Of a stretch of 64,000 nucleotides of DNA, positions 30,005 through 41,504 are shown one piece after another. Below the pieces are notes generated by a model, which did no database searches, was not told the DNA's origin, and worked only from the letters and a program-made list of their open reading frames with translations. The stretch is taken from contig CP075494.1 of the NCBI GenBank assembly GCA_021613535.1, positions 15,252,001 through 15,316,000 of the forward strand, in the 5' to 3' direction. This stretch comes from Adineta vaga (Eukaryota; Animalia; Rotifera). Position 1 is the first letter of the stretch; every line of letters starts with the position of its first letter. Made by a program: the position numbers and the translations under genes.

Positions 30005-31254
30005 TCAACATTTTTTTATTTTACTTAACAATTCACATGTTAATGGACTTTCTAATAATCTATTCGTTGTGAAAATAATTTCTCGTCCTTTTCGTACGGT
30101 AATATCATCTTCTCCATATTGTTTTATCATTTTCTCGCGGAAATCTTTAATTTTTGATTCATAAGTGTCTTTTAATTCATTCATTTGTCGATAAATTTCT
30201 CCAATTCCATATTTCGTCGCATTTTTCATATATTGTTCATCAACATTCCATACACTTGGAATTGTAATTAAAACTTTTTTCCAAAGGTCTAGAAATTTCT
30301 TATCTGTACTTTCACGAAATGCATCTTCTTTCGAACAACCAGGTTTCGTTTGCATATCTTTCAATTGACAAACATATCGTCGAGAAACATGAGTGAAATA
30401 ATTTTGTGTATGTTTTACAAAATGTTTCAATTGTCGAATACCGAAAAACTCCGGTTTGATATAAATACGTTCACCAGCATATTTACCATTACTATGTATA
30501 GCTGGAAGTTCACCAAATAATATATGACCAAAACCACTTGGCATACCTGAAAAAGAAAGAATTTTCTTCATGAAAATGACTCGAATTTTGTTGTACATAC
30601 ATGCACCAGGAATATCCATTCCATAAGCTGGATAATCACGTGTTCGATCCCATTTCGAACCACGTTCACCATGATAATGTGAACTTTCATCACCACGAAC
30701 ATAGATAAATGTATCCGATTCGATTAAATCTGATTTTGAATCAGATTTTTTTGCTGATTTAATCAATGATTGAATAGCTTGACTTCCCATATGTTTCAAA
30801 CGTTTGAAATATCCAGCATGTTTCGCTCCATCACCAGATTTCTGTTCTTCTTTTGCTTTCATGAATTTATCGAAGATTTTATTTGTCGAATCGAATATAA
30901 CAAACATTCCTAAATATACATTTCAAATATATTTATTTTGATCATTAAAAAATAGTTACCTTTCGTAAATGTTATTGATTTATTATTTAATGCTGCTTGT
31001 TGAATAAAAAAATGCATTAAATTACACATATTTTCTGGATTAATCAATTTATACGAATCCTCTTCCGTTGCTAAACGTCGAAAAAAATCTCGACCAGTGT
31101 TAGCTTTTTTCGAACCGACATTCAATTTCGATGAAACACAACATTCGTTCGTTGATGCTCGTTTAATGCGATTTGGATAATGATGAAACCATGTGAAACT
31201 CTCCGATATTAATGGTACACATATCAAAATAAATGTTAAGTGTAGTATTTGCAT
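30005..31254 (-). CDS. Secreted pre-pro-protein of unknown function with toxin/effector-like motifs; 3 exons
   Basis: Signal MQILHLTFILICVPLISES, RIKR dibasic site, introns 30959-30910 and 30600-30547 (in frame, 54 nt). Motifs GMFVIFD, YVRGDESSH, YGMDI, MPSGFGHILFG, IYIKPEFFG, HFVKH, FRE, RKGREI. Confidence 0.75.
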
Positions 31255-32471
31255 ATCGTCTAGTTGAATGAGTACGTGTTTGGTTGATGTTGTAAAGTAT
31301 TTTTGAAATAGAAGAAGACAATGATTTGATCGACGGTTTATATAACGAACAAGAGAAAATGATAAGACAAATAAGAAATGAAACAAAAGTATTTTAATGA
31401 TCAACAGTTGTTTGTGTAAATGTTGTTAAAGTAGAATAGATTGGTTTCTCTTTATGCTAAAACGATTAGTCAAATTACAGATGTTATTTTCGGGTAGTCT
31501 ATTTAAACATCTATGTTTTTATGAAAAGATTAAATTCCTTATCAATCGAATGATTAATGATAAAGAGTGCAATTATTGTACATGATTGTGTTTAATCTTT
31601 TGATTACCTTCGATAGTTTTGAAAGATGATTTATCACGAGAAAGAACTCGCTGTAAAAATAGAAACAAAACATATATTTTGATGATTAAATTCCTGTATC
31701 CATTGGATCATCTTTTCCTATCAAACATTCCAAATACATCTTTAATAACTGATATTCGATCGGTTCTATTTATAGATTATCCTCATGCGATGAAGTGTCG
31801 ATAATTTTATTATATATAAAATTCAGAGCCATCAATATATTCTCAGATGTATCCTGTTGATTACAAAAAAACAGATTTTGTTGTTGGATATTGTATTAAT
31901 TATCTCACTGCGTTATACAATATACATACTCTATCAACTTTTCTCGCCTCGATTCCTATATTTATTGTTAATCCAATCAATGTCTTCTCACAATGATGAT
32001 AATAATAAGAACATCATGTACAATCTGATGGACAGTAATTGTACTAATCAATCTGTTCATTATTGTCTTCAGGACTAACAATCATACTTTATGAAGATTC
32101 TTTTCTTCTATTTATCGGTCAATTACTTGTTTCTTTACCTATTCTTCCACGCATATACAATACTTTACATAGTATATAGTAGAGAAAAAGGGCAGATGTA
32201 AATATATTTTTATGCATAGATGAGAAAAAGCAAAGTTTTGCTACCGCACATCAGTTTGAGAGAAGAAGAAAAAAGAGAGAAAGCAATGAAATAAAAGCAA
32301 AGAAAAAACGTGATAAAATAGGATAATTCTATGTGAATTAGATGTAAACAAAACTGAAACAGTTTCTGTTTCGTAGCACGCAGTGACTATAACCAACAGA
32401 AATCCATGTGTTCTTCAATATGAAGACATAAAAAAAATGTAATTTGAAGAAAAAAAACAAACGATTGGTTT

Positions 32472-33545
32472 TTAAACATTGTCTGATCTTAACATTGTTC
32501 CAAGTAAATATGTTGCTCCGGTAACAAGAAATAATAAAACTGTAGCAATTATTTCAAAACCAGTTGCCCATCCAATATTTGTATGATAATGTGTATTAGC
32601 ATCATCGCGTAATTCTTTTTCAGCAGCAACAAAACGTTCATGTGAAAATGAGTCTTCTACAAAGAAAAACAAAATAATGAACAAGAATACTCAATGAAGA
32701 AATTTCTTACTTTTATGTTTAGCAAAATTACGAAGACTATGTAAATCGAATGCTTGTGGATACGTTGTGAAATTAGCGACCGTTTTTAATGGAAAAGTAT
32801 AATCTTCATAAGTATCTCGTCGAAGATCTAAATTAGAATATCAATATCGAACCGAGTTGAAATATTTAAAGATGACATACATGCACCAACGAGAATTAAA
32901 GTTGTAATCATTGCAAGTAATGCGAGTAGAAAGCAAAGAAATGGAGCAAAACTGGATATTAGATTTGAAGTATCTAGAATATGAGAAAAAATTTGAATAT
33001 TTTCAAAATGAATTTCTCCTTATTCAAACCATCTTGTGGTGTTGTTATTGCTCGGAAATAGAGCGAAAGTAGACCAAGAACAAGAAAGATAGCTGCTAAG
33101 ATAGTTAACCATTGTAAAGCTTTAGTAGATGGTAAATATCGACATGAACAACCGTCAGGTAATTGACTAGCTTCCATAACTGGACATTGACGATGAATAT
33201 AATAACATGTATCAAATTTATCGGGAGAAAATCTCATATAACGATTTGGTCGACAGATTTCAACATTAGATCGAACACCAAGTGCAACACCTTGTTTAAT
33301 TATTGTCATATTGATATATTCACAACGTTTCCAAAGACCATAACTAACTGGTCCCATAGCTGGATCGCGATCACGTTTCGTTATTTTCCAACGTGATGAA
33401 CCTCTTAAATACAATATCGGTAATCAATCATTCAAAAAAAAAGAAGAAAAAAAAAACAAACTTACACAGCTAATAAATGAAGTGTCAATGCAATAATACC
33501 TAATAATAGGACAATTGATACGAGCATAAGACCGCGAATACGCAT
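32472..33545 (-). CDS. Claudin/PMP22-superfamily tetraspan protein, copy 1
   Basis: MRIRGLMLV... TM1, W...YGLWKRC, a long Cys-rich first loop, three more hydrophobic segments, and IGWATGFEIIA in TM4. Confidence 0.8.
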
Positions 33546-34782
33546 GATCTATTTGAAATCTTATATCAATTTTAATGTGAATTTTAAGTATATTTACTTA
33601 CTTTAGAATTGATAAAAGAAAAAATCAATGAATAGATAGACGAACAATCTGAAAAAGAAATAATTGAGTCCTCTTTTTCAATATAGTAATAGAAGATTAA
33701 ATAGCTCTATTGTGCATCTATACGTTCAATATACATATCGATCAGACTATTGCCTAAAAGTATCTGTTGAACAAATCATCTCATATATCTCTAGACAAAA
33801 TATACATCCTGATATCAGTGCAAAAATGACTCTAATAATAAATAGAACGATCCGGGAGCGATATATTCTTCGAATTATCGTGAATTATCCTGCATCTCGT
33901 TAGCTCGATATTTTGTTTATTCGATAAATGAAGATGAATAAACAATTGATACAAAACAAAAGCTCATCGAAGAAAATTCTCTTCTGTTGTCTATATGAAC
34001 ATATTTTATTGATAATAACTACTTGGGAGAGAAAGAAAAAGAACGGCGAGACGGTAGACATGTATTCATCATCGATAAAATATTAACTTTGTACTATTCT
34101 CTCTACTATTTATAATATGTTCGATCGAGTTCACGAGTGAGAAAAAAATGAGGATATGAACGGGCGCGTATAACGCAAACCATCCAAAATGCAGATATAT
34201 ATGTATATGATTACATAGAGACGTATATATATACATCGACATTCGTACATACGTCGATAGAGATGGTTAAAGAGAAGAAAAAACAAGAGGAAATAGAATA
34301 AGAGATTGTTGATTGCCTAAAAAAAAGAACTACCAAATGAGAGAGGGAGAGAGAGAAAAGAATTTTTCTTCGTTTAGCACTGTACCGCACAACCACAATT
34401 GCCACTGGTTTGTTATCTTTTTCTCTCGAAATACAAACCAAGCATAGCATAAACATTATTCTTTTATTCAACAATCATCTCATCATTTTCACATCAATAT
34501 TAAATCGAAGAAATTCAATTACTCACTTCATACCTCTTTCAACATTCATCTTTATCTCTTCATCCAAGACGTTGAATTCACATGATTGATATGAAAAAGA
34601 AAATGAACCTGAAGAATGAAAGAATACCGACATAGTCTCTCCAAAACGTTGTACTTTTCTGCAAACAATGCAAGAAAACAAAGAACTTTCATTAAAAATT
34701 ACATATTGATGAAAATATTGAAGAATAACAGACATAACAAAGCAAAGAATTGAAACATTCAAAAGGATGTGCAATAGAAAAG

Positions 34783-35809
34783 TCATTGAACTTGTCTAAA
34801 GGCTGCAAAAACACTTACTAAATGTCCGAGAAATGTTAAAATAATAGCAACTATCTCTGCACATGCTGATCGATCAATACGAGTATAATAACGTTCATTA
34901 TGAATAGATTTAAAGGCTGACATAGCATAACGATGTAAACTTGAATCTAAATGACAAAAAAAACAAACGATCATTATAAGTTTTCAAATCATTAAGAAAA
35001 TGAAATGCCTGGATTATTTTTGAAAAAAGCATTGAGACGATAATAATTAACCGTTTCTGGTTCGATTCGTACTCCACCTAGAATTTCTTTGGATAATTTG
35101 ATATCATATTCTTCATATCCATAACGTCGTAAATAACTTCCAAGAAGTATCATTGTAACAACCATTAATATCAATGCTAAACTAAGTGATATTACAGGTA
35201 CAAAGATTACAATTCGTGCTGCAATAGCTAAAACATAAAAGAGAACTATCGTTCGTTTATTTTCTCTCCATTATTTTCAAATAAAATAACAAACCATTTC
35301 CTGATGTTGTAATTACCCGAAGATATAACGTACATATTGCTATAAAAAGAAAGATGCCAGCGAAAATCGAACACCATTGTTGTGCTCTTGTCACATGTAA
35401 ATATTCACAACGACATTCAGAATGAATACCAATGATTGATGAACATTGATGACGACTTTCATAACATTTCTTACTTATATCAACATTCGATGTATTATAA
35501 CGTAGATAAGTATTTGGACGACAAACAAAGTTTTCTAGATTAGGTTGAGATGAGATATCTGGAATAACAAATGATGTATTTGAAAATTGACATCGTGTCC
35601 ATAATCCATAATAATGTATCTGATCATTTGGACCACGTGACTTTCGTGGAATTGTTACTAACCAACGTTTACCGAATCTAAACGATTGATTGAAATTTAT
35701 AATTTATAATTTATAATCAACTAGCTTACATGGCGACCGTATGAAGAATAAGTGCAGGTATTATAGTCCAAATTGCAATACTAATCACAAGTACAGCTCT
35801 AATTCGCAT
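34783..35809 (-). CDS. Claudin/PMP22-superfamily tetraspan protein, copy 2 (diverged tandem paralog)
   Basis: MRIRAVLVI... TM1, KRW...YYGLWTRC, CRPN-x-YLRY and C-x-C-x-YL...AQQW shared with copy 1, and the same first-intron position. Confidence 0.8.
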
Positions 35810-36495
35810 TTTGTTGAATAGTTAAGTTGTATAACTAATGAAAATAAGAAGATGATTTATTTATTGTTGTCTAATAAGTTTTCGATTGACAGAAAAACAA
35901 CAAGATTTGGCATAGAAAGTAATTTTTTGTCAAAGAAAGACATTTCTTCTATGTTAATTTGACACAATTTCTGATCTTGATCGGATACGACATTAGAGAT
36001 GTCAAAACGTCGTCTTTATTGAAAGATGTCTGTAATTAAGCACATTGTCATATTGATCAAACGACAAAACAAGTGTGTTTGTTCATTTATCGATGATAAT
36101 GTACAGAGATATGTCTGTATATTGTGATAAATGAGAATCATAACAAAAGATAAACACAATGCATCGTTGTTTTCTTCTTATAGTTTCAGCAGTTAGTCCT
36201 ATGATATCTGTTCTACAAGTTGGGTCAATTCCGATATCGGAGGAAATAATTCCTTTTATAACATTTATGTACGATAAAAAATCTGAATATATTTCTATAT
36301 AATTAGATGTTCAACATACCGTTTTCTATTTCGTTGTTTTATTTCTATATCAAATCAAAATCATACACGTCTTCTATATTCACAATGATCATTTACATCA
36401 ACTAATCAACTCATTTCGTCTTTCTCTCTCTCTCTCTTTCTTAATTTTGCTTTTCTCTCCGGTCGAATGATCTGGTGTCTCTTTCTTGTCTCTGT

Positions 36496-37473
36496 CTAAG
36501 ATTGCACTGTAGTTAATTGACGATATGGATAATAATGAGCTACACCAATCCATTGAGATGATTGTGTTTGACTTTTCGTACGACCGAAACCAACTTCCGT
36601 AGTTAATTCATTCAATATACATCCAACTTCATGTGATTGATCTCCATTTGCCATGAGTAAAAACGTAAAACGTGACCCTAAAGAAAATCTTATTCAAATA
36701 AGTGAACAAAATATCAAACAGTTTGTCATTACCATCAAATACATCGTTCGAATTCATTGAAACGATATTTTCTCCTAATGGTTCTCCTTTACAATGAGAA
36801 CGCCAATCGTGATTCGAAGGCTTGATCACATTCGTTCGAGCACATTGTTCAGCCCAATACTAAATTTACAAAAGAAAGAGAAAAAAATGAATCTACAAAC
36901 ATCATTTGCATTCTACTTGTGCATAGATATTCAACGATTCAGCTAATTTTAATGGTGGCTTATTTCGAAGAGCTCTCATATTATTATGTTCCTTCAATGC
37001 TTGCCGTTGAAATTCTTCTAATGTTAAATCTATATCATCTTTTTCATTCGATAATGATTCAGATTGATCATTTACATTGGTTTCATGTATTGTTGAAATA
37101 GATTTTCCAGAAGATTTTATTGTATAAGGCGGAGGAGGATGTACTCTACTATTACTTAATCGTGACCGAGGTTTTCTAGTTGATACTGTGGACATTTGTC
37201 TATATTTCGCATAATCTAGAGTCATTGTCGAAGCATTCGATGGTTTTCGCATTGGAATATTATCATTGATTAAATTCGATTGTTGAAGAAATCTTTGTCG
37301 TTTTTTACGATATAAATAGACACCAACACCATTTATTAATACAAGGAGTACTATTAAAAGCACTACAATTAACCTAAATGAATGAATAGATTTGGTATGG
37401 TGAAATTTTGTCAATAACTTCTTGTTACATACCAGATATACCAATACGTTGTCGAGAAAGTCTGAATATCCAT
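36496..37473 (-). CDS. N-terminally membrane-anchored protein with a degenerate CAP/SCP (GAPR-1-like) domain
   Basis: MDIQTFSTTYWYIW, a TM segment, RKKR, a low-complexity linker, then FQRQALKEHNNMRA...PPLKL...LNIYAQYWAE...LGENI...TTEVGFG...VAHYYP. Confidence 0.7.
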
Positions 37474-37837
37474 CGTTGAAAATTAGTAATCTGAACTTCA
37501 ATGTCTAAATTTTCTTTTCTTATTCATGATATAATTAAAAAATTGAAGTCATACAAACATTTCTTTATTTTCTTTGTTGTTGAGATGTACAATTGCAGAC
37601 AAACAAACTTATTAATTGAAAATATACTTTCGAAGAAGTCACGAATAATATTTTGTCAATTGTGGGTTGAAAATAGATGAAATACTTTGTTTGAGAGAGA
37701 AGTTGCATGTGCATCGTGATGAATGCTTGAAGTACATTATTAGCAAATATGAATTTCATTGAGTAAAAAAAACAGCGTAGGATTACAGAAATAGAAATCA
37801 ATCGGTTTTTATTAAAATTCTACAAGAGATTTTCGAT

Positions 37838-38755
37838 CTATTTGAGAATTGTTTTATCTAAAATCGTGGAAATATTTTCAAGTAAAATCATTTGTTCTAA
37901 TAAATCATTTTCTAATTGATTTTTTTCTTTCTCGAGTTGTCGTATTTCATTCAATTCGTTGTCTATATCCCAATTGAATTTTGTTGTTTCAGTTGTATCA
38001 AGAAATTGATGATATTGTTTTTCAAAATCAAGTGAAGTCATTGTTAGTTCTTCGACATGTTCAACATTAAATTGATTCAAGGTATTGATTAATTCAAGCA
38101 TTAATGTTATTGATGATTGAGTATAACGGAGAAGAACTTGTCGATCAGTTAATTCCGTTTGAATTTCATTTGATTTGTCTATAAAATCATTCACATTTGA
38201 TTTGATTATTAATCGTGAACGATTAAGTGAAGCAAGAGATTCCGATAGAAGTTCAGATATTTCAATATCGATTTGATGTGAATCAGAAAATAATCGTTGC
38301 AATGATTCGACCTAAATTAACAAAAAAGAAAAAAAATTGACGAATTTTTTCGTCTTTAGAAATTATCTTACACCATCAATACGAAATTTTGTTATTTGAA
38401 TAACTGCATATTCTAATCGATCTTTAATTTGATTAAATTCATTTTCAAGTTCTTCACGTTCATTTCGTAGAATTTTCCATTGTTGAAGACGTTTTGTTAT
38501 TGATTGTTCAGTAAATTCGATTTGTTGTTCACGATATTGCAAATATTCTGTTTCTTGAAGAAAGACAGTTGCTAATTTTAATTGTATCTGAGAAAGAATT
38601 GTTTGTAAACTTGTATAAGTCGTTATAAATGAGTCAGTTGTTTTTTCTAAAGAATGAGGAGAATTTGAATCGAGTGAGAATTTCGATGGAGTAGATATGT
38701 TTGGATGATAGTTGTTTATTAATGATGAAAATGAACAATAATGTTGAATATCCAT
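37838..38755 (-). CDS. Hypothetical coiled-coil protein (2 exons)
   Basis: ORFs 38755-38363 and 38302-37838 join across a ~60-nt GT-AG intron; E/Q/L-rich heptads. Confidence 0.65.
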
Positions 38756-39584
38756 AGTTGAATCGTTATAACAAATGAATAGAAGATGTATGTTTACTGA
38801 TATGATGATGATTCATTGATTTAAGAAGAGAACGAAGATGATTTGTATAGCATAGTTTACGAATGGTTAGTTTTATGTCGTTTGTTTCTTTTTGTGATTT
38901 GAATAAATTATAGTAGTCGAATATCAAATTAAGAATGGATATAGAAGTTTTTCAACTGACATTACTTGAAAGAATTGAATTTCTGTCTGAAACATAAGAA
39001 GAATAGTTCTGGATATATGATAAGTATCTAATGAGATTTATTGCCTTATAATCTTCATAGAATCTCTTTTATCACGGGAAGTTCTTTGACTAATTAACCG
39101 AAAATTCTTAATCAGATATAGACGAAAGAAAAGAAGAACGTTAAATAAATGTTTTTCGTTCGGTATTTTTCTTTTTCTTTCGATTAAAAACATGTTAATA
39201 TATATTTTTCACTACTTAGTAAAAGAAAGCAAAAAAGCAACTTGACTGCTATTAAAAGAGTTTCTTTCATTCTGTTATGAATTGATCGACACCGTTCTCG
39301 GTTTTTTTCTTCTTCTTCTTCTTCTTCTTCTTTGTTTATGATCATCACCAAAACAAACGATGGAGAAATCGTACTTCTTTCCTTCATCACACCGTTTAAT
39401 CATGATCGATTTCGTAACAGTTTATATCGTCATCTAAACAATTTTGTGTACAAATATTCGAATCGAAGAAATGTTCGTAAGTCGTTCTTAACTAATTAAT
39501 CATTCCAAACAACGATGAATTTTCTCAAGAAACAATTTTTTTAACCTTTTAGTTTCATTGACATTTGTTATTTTTTGAATACTC

Positions 39585-40365
39585 ATGGGTTGTAAACAAA
39601 CACACACAAATCCTTCATCTGCTGTTAATACAAATGTTTCAACAACACCTGTGTATGTCAAAAGTGTTTTGAAAAACTCTCGAGCAAGAAATGAAAGACC
39701 TTCAATTACGAAACACGATATTCCACAAGGAAATAAATCCGTTAATTTTCGAACAGGTTGAAGTGAAATTACGAACACCAACACCAATATCACGACATGA
39801 TGAACCAACAGTAAATCCTTTTCGACAACATGCATACAATGGTAACGAGAATAATAATAATGATGATAATGATGATGACGATGAAATTGATTCGGTTGTC
39901 TCATCGGTTTCATCACAAGATGACGTTCATTATACACTTCCAGCTGTATCTCTACAACGTAAACATTCGAATAGTTTTTGGCATAAAAGTAATTCCGTTG
40001 CTATTTTACCTCCGATGAATAATACTATCGATGAGAACGTTGCACTTCTTCCACCTGATTATCCAAATGGTCCACAAGGAAGAACCTTTCGTGTACGTCG
40101 TAGAGTACAAGAATCTGTTGAATCTGAACCTTCGGATTCGGTTGTTTCGATACCAACTCCATCTTCTCGTCGACCCCAAGCACAATCAGTTACTTTTTCT
40201 ATCCACCGACGGTTGCCGAACACGAATACTGTACTTGTTGAACATCGTCCATCACATCCAAATAGCGGTTCATCACGCAACCAGCTTATTATGCATTTAG
40301 TCGACGAACACCTGATAATACGAATTCTACAAGGAAAAAGATTCCAAACGACGAGTAATAAATGA
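39585..40365 (+). CDS. Disordered protein with an MGC acylation-type N-terminus and SILK/RVxF-like PP1 motifs; apparent +1 frameshift at ~39750
   Basis: The frame from 39585 reads MGCKQT...VKSVLKN...NKSVNF and stops at 39759-39761. The +1 frame continues EQVEVKLRTPTP... to 40365. Confidence 0.6.
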
Positions 40366-40540
40366 ATGTTAGTTCTTTGCATTTTTGTAAAATCTCAATT
40401 AAATTTTAAAAAATAAAAATTTGTTGATTGTTTTGTATTATTTACTACGTCGTATGAAAATTTTCAAGAAAAAAATTCAAAAATTTGTTATTGACGTAAA
40501 AAAGCAAAAACCTGAGGCGAAAAATGAAGTAATTATATAG

Positions 40541-41504
40541 TTATGTATTATTTGTCAATGGAATTAAGACTGTTTGTACGCGAGGATAAAACTACACAAA
40601 TTGAAACAAACATCAGGTACATATTCTTAGTTATTTTTCACTTACGCCAAGATAATTTCGTGGTATATATCCTTCTTTATCTTTTTTAACATGTTTTGCT
40701 CACCACCAATGATATTCTTGTTTATCGCCACGTCTTAAAATTTTCAATTGATCACCCTCATCAAATTCAAGTTCATCAGCTGTTTCATCACTTGGTTGGT
40801 AATCATATAATGTATAAACAATTGCATTATTAACCACTCCTAAATCATTCTGTACTTCTACAAATCTTCTTCACATTTATCAGCTGGAGTTTCATTATCT
40901 CGAATTGTTGTTGCATAAATACATGCACCATTCTCTATTAAAAGTTTCACAATTGTTGTATGATTACAAGATGCTGCACAATGTAATGGTGTCCATCCAT
41001 CATTATCAGGATAATGAATATCACAACCAAATTCAATCAAGAATTTTATACAATCAATATTTCCTGCACAGATAGCATTGTGAAGGGCAGTTAAACCTTC
41101 ATCATTTGGTTCATTTGCATTTTTTACCTGAAAAAACGATGAGAAAAGGTCAAATAAAATGGAGTTTATAAACATTCGAACTTCTTTTGCAGATTTTCTG
41201 ATAAGATCAAGTTCTCCGATTACAGCAGTATCAAATAGTAATGCCAATGGATCGAATATGACTCGTCTTGAAGTATTCTTTGGTGTTGTTGACGTTTTTA
41301 GTAATGATTTAAGATTCGTTTCAGATGTTGAAAGAGTCATCGGAAATGATACAGTAGAGTCGATATCATCCATAAGCGAACCTTCTGATTTTGTATTCAA
41401 AATAACTGATTCACTGATAGTTTTTTGTTGTTGTTGCTGTTGTTCTTCAATTTTTTGTATTGCTTTATTCAGAAATATTTGTTTGAATATTTCTAATTCA
41501 TTTT
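40541..41504 (-). pseudogene. Decayed duplicate of the ASPP gene
   Basis: Close match to 44534-46430, but exon 1 is absent, the exon-2 acceptor AG reads GG (~41505), there are three internal deletions, a frameshift stop after DKCEEDL (40858) and TGG>TGA in the SH3 WWW (40700-40702). Confidence 0.9.
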
